Of a stretch of 64,000 nucleotides of DNA, positions 1-8,645 are shown one piece after another. A model generated the notes under the pieces. It was not told where the DNA came from. It saw nothing but the letters and a program-made list of their open reading frames with translations, and did no database searches. Position 1 is the first letter of the stretch. The number at the start of each line of letters is the position of its first letter. The position numbers and the translations under genes are program-made. The DNA is from Candidatus Heimdallarchaeota archaeon (lineage in GTDB: Archaea > Asgardarchaeota > Heimdallarchaeia > Heimdallarchaeales > Heimdallarchaeaceae). The stretch lies in assembly GCA_016839945.1 (NCBI GenBank), contig JAEOTE010000090.1, forward strand, positions 3,414 through 67,413, given 5' to 3'.

Positions 1-40
1 GAGATGTCTAATTGATCTTCCTGAGAATTTTCGAAAAACA

Positions 41-469
41 ATGGCAATGAAGGAAGGAGAATTACTAAGGTTAGGTTTGAGAAATTGTGCATGCGAAGAC
101 TGGGAATGTGACTTTTGTGTATGCCCAATTTTTGAATTTATCTTTGGTTTAAAGCCACTTCACATCCACATCTATTTCTATACTTTGACTCATAAAAGAA
201 CAATAAAAGAAATTTCTAACAGAGTAAACAGAGATCGAACCACAGTTGTAAGATTAGTTCAAAGCTTAATTGAAAATGGATTAATAAACAAAGAATCAGA
301 AATTTTGCCCACAGGAGGATTAAGACACCTTTATTCAGCAATACCTCAAGAGCATCTAAAAGAAAGACTAAAAGAGAGTTTTAAAGAGCTTGGAATTATT
401 GTTGAAGAACTACTAAAGCAAGATTGGTCTCATGTGAGAGATCGAAAAGAAGAGGAAATAGTAGTTTAA
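41..469 (+). CDS. winged-helix transcriptional regulator (TrmB/MarR-like) with Cys-rich N-terminus
   Basis: 142-aa ORF. HTH-like segment TIKEISNRVNRDRTTVVRLVQSLIENGLI followed by GGLRHLYSAIP resembles TrmB-type wHTH. N-terminal cysteine cluster CACEDWECDFCVCP. Motif resemblance only. Confidence 0.45.
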   Translation: MAMKEGELLRLGLRNCACEDWECDFCVCPIFEFIFGLKPLHIHIYFYTLTHKRTIKEISNRVNRDRTTVVRLVQSLIENGLINKESEILPTGGLRHLYSAIPQEHLKERLKESFKELGIIVEELLKQDWSHVRDRKEEEIVV

Positions 470-470
470 A

Positions 471-1091
471 TCAAAAATCAAAATCCTCTAATTCATCTAT
501 AGAACCAGTTAAATCTTCTGCAAGTTTTTTCTTCTTCTTTTTATCTTTTTTACTCCTTACTTCATCAACTGCGGAGGATAATTCTGACATAAAATCTGAT
601 CCCATTGTATCTAAAGGAACAACATTGTTATCATCAACAGGTGTTAAAATATCTGGTTCCGCCACAGGCTCTAATGGAGGTTGAGATTCTTCTGGAGGTG
701 GAAAATATGTCGTCTCAGAAGGTTCTGAGGGGAGTTGAGTTGAAGAATCTTCTGTTGGTTCTACAGGAGATTCAGAAGGTTGTGGTTCAAAACCAGGTTC
801 GGAAATACCTGATAATCCAGGATGTGTATCAGCTGCAGCTTGTGCCACTGTAGAAGAAGAACGATCCGGAACCAAGCTTCCATCTTGAAGCACTTTTACG
901 ATTTCCTTACATAGTGCTCTATTTTGAGGATTAAGTTGATACATATATCTTGGAAGATTAGTACTTATTTGTTCTAAGAAATAAATCCCAGTTTCATAAT
1001 CTTTAATATAAAAAGCTTGTATAGCTTGCATAATTAGTTGTTGAACAAGTTTATCTGGTGGAACACTTGATTGTGGAGAGTGTGAATACAT
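471..1091 (-). CDS. hypothetical protein: helical N-domain, long Pro/Glu/Ser-rich disordered linker, poly-Lys run, acidic C-terminal tail
   Basis: 206-aa ORF convergent with 41..469 (stop codons 1 nt apart). Composition read from the translation (EPGFEPQPSESPVEPTEDSS..., KKDKKKKKK, C-terminus IDELEDFDF). No family recognised. Confidence 0.5.
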   Translation of the reverse strand: MYSHSPQSSVPPDKLVQQLIMQAIQAFYIKDYETGIYFLEQISTNLPRYMYQLNPQNRALCKEIVKVLQDGSLVPDRSSSTVAQAAADTHPGLSGISEPGFEPQPSESPVEPTEDSSTQLPSEPSETTYFPPPEESQPPLEPVAEPDILTPVDDNNVVPLDTMGSDFMSELSSAVDEVRSKKDKKKKKKLAEDLTGSIDELEDFDF

Positions 1092-1214
1092 AAGTTACCC
1101 CCATGTACAGTAGTAGTGAAGCTATAAGAAAATTTTGGAAAAGGAAAAGGAACTTCTATTAAGTGTAGGACTGGATTTGAGTAGGTTTATAATTGTTGGT
1201 GCATAAATGACTGC

Positions 1215-1892
1215 ATGACAGGTGAAGTAGAGTACATACAAGATTATCACCCATTCGAGCGAACAACTTTTTTTAGTGTTTATAGAAATCCAAAGACATA
1301 TACTAGTTTGATTTATTTGCTTCTAATCTTTCCATTAGGAATAGCTTTTTTTGTATATGCCGTAACAGGATTTTCTGTTTCTATAGGACTGGTTGTAACA
1401 ATAGTAGGTATATTTCTCTTGTATATTTTTCTCTGGAGCCTTCCAAGAATTATGTATATTATGGGATTACTAACAGATTGGCTTGTTGGTATTAAGATGC
1501 CAGAAAAAGTTTACAAACCATATTATGAAGGCACATTCTTTAGAAAAGCTCTAAGTTCTTTAAGAGATTCAAGAATATGGAAGACTTTACTTTATTTCCT
1601 ATTCCCAGCTATGCCATTTGGGATAGCAGCATTTACCATTGTAGTTACATTATTATCAGTATCATTGGGAGCCATTAGTTTCCCAATCGTCTATTTAATT
1701 GAGCTCCTGCAAGGAAATTACGGTGGATGGATATACTATGTTTTCGATTATTGGGCACCTCCTTGGGTTAAGTTTGTTCTGTTGATATTAATGCCCATAG
1801 TAGGATTTTTCTTACTTACAGCTACATTACATCTAACAAACACTCTTGCTTTAGCACATGGAAGGATGGTAAAAGGAATTTTGAAAGGATAG
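1215..1892 (+). CDS. polytopic membrane protein (internally duplicated 2-TM module, sensor-domain-like)
   Basis: 225-aa ORF with four long hydrophobic segments in two similar halves (LIYLLLIFPLGIAFFVYAVTGFSV... and LLYFLFPAMPFGIAAFTIVVTLLSV...). The family guess is weak. Confidence 0.5.
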   Translation: MTGEVEYIQDYHPFERTTFFSVYRNPKTYTSLIYLLLIFPLGIAFFVYAVTGFSVSIGLVVTIVGIFLLYIFLWSLPRIMYIMGLLTDWLVGIKMPEKVYKPYYEGTFFRKALSSLRDSRIWKTLLYFLFPAMPFGIAAFTIVVTLLSVSLGAISFPIVYLIELLQGNYGGWIYYVFDYWAPPWVKFVLLILMPIVGFFLLTATLHLTNTLALAHGRMVKGILKG

Positions 1893-1983
1893 ATTTTTTC
1901 ATAAATCTATTTTCTTTTTCTTTCTCACAGTATATGTCATTATCTTTATATCTATACTTTTTTTTGGAATCTAAAAAAAGGAC

Positions 1984-3285
1984 TTGGATAATCTGAGTGA
2001 GAGTAACTTTTATAGAAAATCATTAAATTTCATTGTTAATCACCTCTACCTTAATGATCGTCGTCGTCTCTCACCAATTTTACTCGGTGTTGTTGGAGCT
2101 TTTTCTTCTATCATCTTCATGTCATATGTTGGTCTTCATTTAGAGGATTTAAGGACGATTGCTTGGTTAATAACATTCATATTGGCATTAAGAAACCTAT
2201 ATCAAATTTTTTTGAGAGTTCCTTTGGGGCACTTTTCCCAGATGATTGGGAGGAAACCTCTTTTAATAACAGGTGTAGGACTTTACACCGTAAGTTTGTT
2301 TGTTATGTCACTAGCAACACATTGGGGGTTTGTATTATTAGCTATAACATTTTTTGCAGTTGGTATGTCTTGTTTCTGGCCAATTATCTTCGCATATATA
2401 GGAGATGTTGAAAAAGAGAATATTGGAAGATTACAAGGTAGAGTATTTCAGGGAACAGATATTGGATCAGTTGCTGGATCACTACTGGCAGTTCTTTTAC
2501 TTAAGAACTTTCAAACTGAAATAAGGGTGCTTTTCGCGTGGGGAGCGGGAATTTCATTAATTGGAGTGATTGGACTGGCATTGTTTATTCCAGAAGTACT
2601 CCCTAAAGAAGATAGATTGCAAGTTGAATCCAAAATAAAAGCTTTGGCTGATTCATTTCTTGCAACTTTTCGACACTTAGTTCAAGTTACACGACAGAAG
2701 AAATTAAATTTCATTTATGTACTTCAGGTATTTGTTGCTTTCTTGGAGTATATGGTCGCAGCTTTTTTCCCATTTCTTGTTGTTTCAAAAGGTTACACGG
2801 ACGATGTTGTGGCTCAGGTTTTTTGGATAACTGCAGGTGTATTGCTATTCTTTAAGCCGTACATGGGAAGACTTGTTGATAAAATAGGGTATAAAATACC
2901 AATCTTTGTTACTCTTCTTTTTTCTTCAACAATGCTCATTTTTATGGTTTTTGTTGATGCCTTGCCTTGGTTAATAGTTGTATACATGTTGTATAGTGCG
3001 AGTAGTCTAACAAGCTATCTAGGAGCTAATACAGGAACAACAAGAGTGTCAAAAATAGCGGAAAGAGGTATGGCTCTTGGAGCTTTAGGGTTTTATGTTT
3101 CTTGTGCACGTTCTGTTTCGACTGTAAGTATGTTGCCTGTTTGGAATAATTTCGGAGTGGATTGGGTTTTTATCGCAACATCTATTATAGTAGTAGTTGG
3201 GGTAGCGGTGATTTATTTTGTTTACTATTTAATTGGTAATAAAAACAACAATAAAATTAGCATTGATTTAAACGATGAAAAATAA
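1984..3285 (+). CDS. MFS transporter
   Basis: 433 aa, about 12 hydrophobic spans. Loop motif GHFSQMIGRKPLL resembles MFS motif A (G-x-x-x-D/G-R-x-G-R-K). TTG start preceded by AGGA. Confidence 0.7.
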   Translation: MDNLSESNFYRKSLNFIVNHLYLNDRRRLSPILLGVVGAFSSIIFMSYVGLHLEDLRTIAWLITFILALRNLYQIFLRVPLGHFSQMIGRKPLLITGVGLYTVSLFVMSLATHWGFVLLAITFFAVGMSCFWPIIFAYIGDVEKENIGRLQGRVFQGTDIGSVAGSLLAVLLLKNFQTEIRVLFAWGAGISLIGVIGLALFIPEVLPKEDRLQVESKIKALADSFLATFRHLVQVTRQKKLNFIYVLQVFVAFLEYMVAAFFPFLVVSKGYTDDVVAQVFWITAGVLLFFKPYMGRLVDKIGYKIPIFVTLLFSSTMLIFMVFVDALPWLIVVYMLYSASSLTSYLGANTGTTRVSKIAERGMALGALGFYVSCARSVSTVSMLPVWNNFGVDWVFIATSIIVVVGVAVIYFVYYLIGNKNNNKISIDLNDEK

Positions 3286-3522
3286 GAAAAAAGGAATATG
3301 TGACTCTTCTATTCCTAACTTTATTCCCTTCCTTAGTATTACCAGAGAACGAAAAAATCTTAGGTTTTTCGGTTTTGATGCAATTTTTTAAAGAAGAAAT
3401 TGGTTGTGTTTTTTTCTTGATTTTCCTATAGTTTCCAAGAAGGATGCACTTACAATAAAGTAACCTTGCTGCAAAGTTAAAAACAGAGAAGAAGTTAATA
3501 ATCCTTTTTTCAACTAAATACT

Positions 3523-3804
3523 ATGGATGATGAGATCCAACACCTCTTAGCTCTTTTAGATAAAGCAGTGGACGAAATGTTTTCTTATGGAGATGAATCA
3601 ACTTTTTCTTATTTTGATACATGTAATGATGTAGGACTATTTGTTCAAGATGTAACTACTAAAGCTAGAAATGGAGATTTAGAAGATTTATCTAAATTGT
3701 GGTATATTTTTGCCCCTACTAGTGTCTGGGATGATTCAGGAGGTTCTCAAGAGATAGCAAATGAAATCTTCGAAATAATAAACAAGAGATTTCAACCAAA
3801 GTAA
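3523..3804 (+). CDS. small acidic hypothetical protein
   Basis: 93-aa ORF with no family recognised. Its 3' part (3697..3766) has a decayed copy at 4422..4493. Confidence 0.5.
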   Translation: MDDEIQHLLALLDKAVDEMFSYGDESTFSYFDTCNDVGLFVQDVTTKARNGDLEDLSKLWYIFAPTSVWDDSGGSQEIANEIFEIINKRFQPK

Positions 3805-3864
3805 TAAGCGAATTAAATTTTGTTCAATCATAGTTTTAAAAAAGAATGGAGGGGACCTTAACTT

Positions 3865-4410
3865 ATGCCTGAGAGAACTCACAGAGAGAAAATTGAGAGA
3901 ATAAGAGAAAGAAATGACATTCTATTTAAGAAATCTCCAAACTCTCCTTTAACACATGAACAAAAGGATGATTTCAAAGGGATACCCTATTTCCCTATTG
4001 ATAAGAAATATGAAATCATCTTCAGAATGAAGAAATTTGATGATTATAGTGAAATAACTATCACTACTACCCGATTCGATAATAGGAAATATAGTCGTTA
4101 TGGTTATATTGAATTCGAATTAGAAGGCAAAATGAATAAACTTACTGTGTTTAAACCAATTGATGATGATTATCTGTTTGTTCCCTTCAAAGATACAACT
4201 ACAGGAAAAGAGTCCTACAAAATTGGAAGATACGTAGAAATTGAGAAGATTTCAAAAGAAGAATGGGTAATTGATTTCAATACAGCCTACAATCCTTTGT
4301 GTGCATATAATGATAATTGGAATTGTTCTCTAACTCCTGACGAAAATATACTTGATATACCTATACGTGCAGGAATGAAGATATATCCGGATTATCGTGG
4401 ATCACACTAG
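3865..4410 (+). CDS. DUF1684 domain-containing protein
   Basis: 181 aa. C-terminal YNPLCAYNDNWNCSLTPDENILDIPIRAGMK matches the conserved DUF1684 signature (NP-x-CAY-x-x-W-x-CP-x-x-P-x-EN-x-L). Confidence 0.75.
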   Translation: MPERTHREKIERIRERNDILFKKSPNSPLTHEQKDDFKGIPYFPIDKKYEIIFRMKKFDDYSEITITTTRFDNRKYSRYGYIEFELEGKMNKLTVFKPIDDDYLFVPFKDTTTGKESYKIGRYVEIEKISKEEWVIDFNTAYNPLCAYNDNWNCSLTPDENILDIPIRAGMKIYPDYRGSH

Positions 4411-4421
4411 GTATATTTGAG

Positions 4422-4493
4422 CTTTGGTATGTTTTTTTGCACCAACTAGCGTCAGGGATTATTCAAATAGTTTACAAGAGATGCAAACCTGAA
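4422..4493 (+). pseudogene. frameshifted remnant copy of the 3' end of gene 3523..3804
   Basis: The remnant ctttggtatgtttttttgcaccaactagcgtcagggattattca...caagagatgcaaacctga aligns with 3697..3766 (ttgtggtatatttttgcccctactagtgtctgggatgattca...caagagatagcaaatgaa). It encodes LWYV then, after a frameshift in a T7 run, FAPTSVRDYSNSLQEMQT*, versus LWYIFAPTSVWDDSGGSQEIAN in the intact gene. Confidence 0.55.
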
Positions 4494-4539
4494 GCATAAA
4501 CTACTTTACATACTTTAGTCAAAAAAGATTAGAAAACAT

Positions 4540-5163
4540 ATGTTTGAATGGATAAATCTTGCTATTCTAATCTTATCTATGCTTCTTTTTTCTATTCTAT
4601 ATGCATTTAGTGTTATGCCTGCTATTCGTGGAGAAAAAAAAGGAAAAGAAATCTGGAATGAATGTAGAAATCTTAGAATTGCTGGTTCTGTATTTGAAGG
4701 TATTACATTGATATCAGTGATTCTTTGGATATGGTTCCCAATTGAACAACTAAATTGGAAGATTTTTTCTAAATTATGGATGGGAATCGTAGTTTCTTTA
4801 GTAATTTTCATTCCTGGAGGAATCATTGTACTTAAAGGAGTAATAGATGCTGGAAAAGAAACCCTTACTCCTTCTAAAGATACTGAGATGTATGGTGGGA
4901 TCTACAAATATATCAGACACCCACAAACAACAGGAGAGATGCCTATGTTTCCAGCATTTGGATTAGTAGTTAATTCATGGTTTATAGTTTTGATTATGAG
5001 CGTATTCATTCTTATTTACGTTCCTACAATTCAATATTTTGAGGAAAAAGATTTAGTAAAAAGATTTGGAGATTCATATATTGAATATCAAAAAATTACT
5101 GGTGCATTTTTACCAAAATGGAAAACAATAAAATCTTTATTCAAGCGGAAAAAGAGAAAGTAA
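4540..5163 (+). CDS. isoprenylcysteine carboxyl / phospholipid methyltransferase family membrane protein
   Basis: 207 aa, multi-TM. YKYIRHPQTTGEM matches the RHP-x-Y-x-G motif of the ICMT/PEMT family. Confidence 0.6.
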   Translation: MFEWINLAILILSMLLFSILYAFSVMPAIRGEKKGKEIWNECRNLRIAGSVFEGITLISVILWIWFPIEQLNWKIFSKLWMGIVVSLVIFIPGGIIVLKGVIDAGKETLTPSKDTEMYGGIYKYIRHPQTTGEMPMFPAFGLVVNSWFIVLIMSVFILIYVPTIQYFEEKDLVKRFGDSYIEYQKITGAFLPKWKTIKSLFKRKKRK

Positions 5164-5170
5164 GCGATGT

Positions 5171-6253
5171 TTATTTTGATTCAAGATATTTCCCCAAATC
5201 CTCAACTGTAAGTTGACCAGTTATGCTTTCTTTATATATCTTAAAACCTAAGCGATCATTTATAGAAAGCATGGGTGCGTTTGTTGTTGCATTACCAGTT
5301 GAAACAATCTTGACATTTGGAAATTCCTCTTTAACCCTTAATAGCATTACAGCCTTTAACCATTTTCCCAATCCTCGACTTCGATGTTTATCTTTAACCC
5401 CAGTAAGAAGCTGTTCAATAATATAGTCTCTTTCTGGTCTATAAATCATCTCTGTAAGCCCAGAGATTTCTCCATCATGTTCAACGGTAATATATGTCAT
5501 CTGTTTTCTACCTAAATCCTTAGTTCTTTTCTCCATTTGGCGTAATGTTTCTGGTGTAAAGATTATGTCACCAATATCTAAATCTCCAAGAGGTTGTTGA
5601 TTATTGGTTTCAGTGTAAGTTTCACTATATTGTTTAATAATATTCTCTGGAATAGTATAAAAGAATTGTAATTTTGTTTTAGGTGACTTTTCAGGTCCCT
5701 CTTTTTCCCATTTTGATATCATCTCCCAATCAACTTCTTCAAGATTCAATCTATTTTCAACACCAGTTAGAGCTGTTTGAGCTCCAATGGTTTCTAGAAA
5801 TTTCTTTCCATCCTCTTCATTAGAATTAGTTATAAGAGTAGTTTTGTTATTTTCGATAGCAAAATCGTAAAGAGATTTCAAAGCTTTCATTCCTATTCCT
5901 TTACGACGATATGGAGCTAAAATCGAAATATCAAATTGAATCAAATGCTTATTTCCCTCATATGAAGAAGCTGTTTTTTTGATAACAAAATTATTCATAA
6001 TTCCAATTTGTTTGTCTTTTGTATTATCAATTATAGAGTATAAGTAAATATCAATTTCAGGATGGTTCATTGAGGTTTTTATATTATTTTCAGCAGTTTC
6101 ATTATCAGTATAAGGATCATCTGGATTTACTTCTTCATGTCTTATTTTTCTAAATTCATGATATAGTCTCCAATCCTCTTTTGTAGAAGACATAGGGTCA
6201 AATTCTTTAATCTTCACATTTTTTATATCAAATTGGTTACTCATAAAAACCAA
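5171..6253 (-). CDS. tandem-domain GNAT N-acetyltransferase
   Basis: 360 aa with two acetyl-CoA binding-like motifs (RRKGIGMKALKSLYDFA and HRSRGLGKWLKAVML). Confidence 0.7.
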   Translation of the reverse strand: MVFMSNQFDIKNVKIKEFDPMSSTKEDWRLYHEFRKIRHEEVNPDDPYTDNETAENNIKTSMNHPEIDIYLYSIIDNTKDKQIGIMNNFVIKKTASSYEGNKHLIQFDISILAPYRRKGIGMKALKSLYDFAIENNKTTLITNSNEEDGKKFLETIGAQTALTGVENRLNLEEVDWEMISKWEKEGPEKSPKTKLQFFYTIPENIIKQYSETYTETNNQQPLGDLDIGDIIFTPETLRQMEKRTKDLGRKQMTYITVEHDGEISGLTEMIYRPERDYIIEQLLTGVKDKHRSRGLGKWLKAVMLLRVKEEFPNVKIVSTGNATTNAPMLSINDRLGFKIYKESITGQLTVEDLGKYLESK

Positions 6254-6301
6254 ATAAAATTGGATTCTTATATATGTAGCTAAATAGAACTTGTGTAACA
6301 G

Positions 6302-7048
6302 TTATATTGAATCTGATGAGCTAGATCCCCGTTCAAGCAACCACTTTGTGATTATTTCAGAAGCTTGTTCTCTATTCTCATCATGCATAATAATATGACC
6401 CCCTGCTTGGAGTTCTACTAAGGTTTTATCTTCAGATCTAACGGTATTGAACACCTGATTTCTTCCTCTACGATTGATAATACGATCACTTTTAGCTTGT
6501 ATGATTAGTATTGGTTGGTTTACTTGCTTTGTTCTTTTTCGTAATTCCTTCAGAAGTTTAGCTGATTGAATCAAACTACTGACAGGTATTTTTTCATACC
6601 GTTTCCAGCCCTTAGGAATTCCGAGATACATGGACATGATTTTGTTTAATGGAATATACCGAATAAGATATTGGATAAAATGAAAATTATAAACAAACCA
6701 GGATTTGAAGTTGAATGGTTTAAGAACTGTTGAGCAAAGTATCAAACCCGCAACATCTGGGTTGTTTGTTGCTAAGTAAAGAGAAATGACACTACCCAGA
6801 GAAGTTCCTAATATAAATACCTCTGATGATTTTGTTCTTAAATTATCTAATCTTCTTTGAGTATGTTCTGTCCATTCAGTCCACTCAGTATTTCTTAAAT
6901 CCTCAGGGGTCGTGTTATGACCTGGAAGATCATTATTATCTACGATGAAATTTTGTTTTTCAAGTATTTCTGCAATTTTCTTCATAGACCTATGATTAGT
7001 TCCAAGACCATGAATCAGAAGTACACAGGGAACTTGTTTAGCATCCAT
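6302..7048 (-). CDS. alpha/beta hydrolase (esterase/lipase-like)
   Basis: 248 aa. VLLIHGLGTNHRSM oxyanion region, nucleophile elbow GTSLGS, C-terminal GGHIIMHD. Confidence 0.75.
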   Translation of the reverse strand: MDAKQVPCVLLIHGLGTNHRSMKKIAEILEKQNFIVDNNDLPGHNTTPEDLRNTEWTEWTEHTQRRLDNLRTKSSEVFILGTSLGSVISLYLATNNPDVAGLILCSTVLKPFNFKSWFVYNFHFIQYLIRYIPLNKIMSMYLGIPKGWKRYEKIPVSSLIQSAKLLKELRKRTKQVNQPILIIQAKSDRIINRRGRNQVFNTVRSEDKTLVELQAGGHIIMHDENREQASEIITKWLLERGSSSSDSI

Positions 7049-7174
7049 ATCAACCTATAATTCGTTTACTATATTTTATTTTTTTTCTGTAATCATAAAG
7101 CAAACAAAAACTAAAACAATATAATCAAGTTTCGACTACATATTTAAGTGTAGCAAAACTTATTGTGATTTAAT

Positions 7175-7813
7175 ATGTGGATGGATGTTAGCAAAAAGAA
7201 TGTGGTTGTCTCTGAGATTATTGGAATAATAAGAGATGAAACCACTAATGCTATGGTTTTCAGAACAAACCTAACAAGACTAGGACAACTCTTAGCCTAT
7301 GAAGCAGCAGAATTTCTGAACACAAAGAAAACAGAAGTCGAAACGTCACTAGGTAAAGCAGAAGTTAATTCTATTGATGAAGATATGGTCGTAATATCTA
7401 TTTTAAGAGCAGCTTTACCTATGTCTGAGGGGGTTTTGGAAACATATTCTGAAGCTTCCATAGGAGTGGTTTCAATGTCCAGAGGTAAGATGTTACAAGA
7501 AAAAGGGAAAGATTTTAGAATAGATTGTCCCTATATGCACATTCCTTATTTAGAAAACAAATTTACAATGATCGTAGATCCAATGCTAGCAAGCGGTTCT
7601 ACAATGCTTTATTTACTTAAATCAATTGAAAATCAGAAACCAAAGAAAATTGTAATTCTATGTGCTATCGCATGTAAATATGGCTTAGACAGAATACTAA
7701 AAAAATATCCGGAAGTTATCATTATAGCCGGAGCTGTTGATCCTATACTTGACGAGAGAGGGTATGTTGTTCCTGGTTTGGGAGATGCAGGAGACAGAGC
7801 ATTCAATACGTAA
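7175..7813 (+). CDS. upp: uracil phosphoribosyltransferase
   Basis: 212 aa. PRPP loop MIVDPMLASGST and C-terminal GLGDAGDRAFNT are typical of Upp. Confidence 0.85.
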   Translation: MWMDVSKKNVVVSEIIGIIRDETTNAMVFRTNLTRLGQLLAYEAAEFLNTKKTEVETSLGKAEVNSIDEDMVVISILRAALPMSEGVLETYSEASIGVVSMSRGKMLQEKGKDFRIDCPYMHIPYLENKFTMIVDPMLASGSTMLYLLKSIENQKPKKIVILCAIACKYGLDRILKKYPEVIIIAGAVDPILDERGYVVPGLGDAGDRAFNT

Positions 7814-7870
7814 ACAAAAATTGTAAAAGCAGTTAATTAAAATAATTCTGCGAATAAATGTAAAATACTT

Positions 7871-8557
7871 ATGATTTCAATCAAAGATATTAAAATTCCT
7901 TGGAAAGAGTTTCTGAGTCCCCGCCTTCTATTTCTTGCAATATGGGTTTTCTTTCTTCTGTATTCTTTCATTTGGGCTCCAGAGGATCAACGAGGTTTGT
8001 CTTTTAGTGATTTTAAATTAGACTTTGTTGGACCTTTGGCTTGGAGTTTGTTTAACCTTGTAGGAGTGTTCGCCCTTCTTTATGCTGTTATTCTCGTTTT
8101 AGAAAGCAGAGAGAGATTTATTCCAGCTTGGCTTTTTGTATTAGCGGCTCTTGGATTTGGAATGTATGCATTAATGCCTTACTTTGCCCTACGAGGAGTG
8201 TGGAAAAAGAACCAAAAAACAAAGAAAACTTGGTTCACAAAAGCAATTGATTCACGTACTCTTGGTATTATATTATACAACCTAACTGTTGTGCTATTAC
8301 TCTTCGGAATCATTGCGGGAAGCTATACAGGAGATTGGAATAATTTTGCTACACTGTTTATGGAAAGCCGGTTTGTACATGTTATGACAATTGATTTTGT
8401 TCTTCTATGTTTGTTTTATCCAATAGTAATATGGGATGATATGAAAAGAAGAAACTGGAAGAACAACATTGCATTTGTGATATTCTGCATTCCTCTATTA
8501 GGTGGAATAACCTATTTGATAGCTAGACCAAGACTTCCAGATGAAACAATCGCATAA
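7871..8557 (+). CDS. integral membrane protein, unknown function
   Basis: 228 aa, about 6 hydrophobic spans. The C-terminal hairpin FCIPLLGGITYLIARPR resembles PLD-N-type small TM domains. Confidence 0.45.
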   Translation: MISIKDIKIPWKEFLSPRLLFLAIWVFFLLYSFIWAPEDQRGLSFSDFKLDFVGPLAWSLFNLVGVFALLYAVILVLESRERFIPAWLFVLAALGFGMYALMPYFALRGVWKKNQKTKKTWFTKAIDSRTLGIILYNLTVVLLLFGIIAGSYTGDWNNFATLFMESRFVHVMTIDFVLLCLFYPIVIWDDMKRRNWKNNIAFVIFCIPLLGGITYLIARPRLPDETIA

Positions 8558-8645
8558 ATTTTTATTTTTTTATTTTTCAACCACTATCGTTTAAACTTAA
8601 GCCTAAATATTTTTATAAAGATTTCAAGGTTGAGTTAAGCGAACA

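Noticed and set aside
424-853. Shadow ORFs overlapping real genes in other frames or on the other strand. Examples are 424..684, 605..853, 2163..2411, 4515..4826, 9128..9412, 11770..12144, 12085..12546, 13723..14016, 16912..17273, 36252..36488, 36655..37014, 43022..43387 and 44579..45043. The coordinates given cover only the first two.
   Set aside because: Each lies inside or antisense to a longer ORF with clear family motifs. Their translations are low-complexity (Ser/Leu/Phe/Ile-rich), typical of antisense frames in AT-rich DNA.
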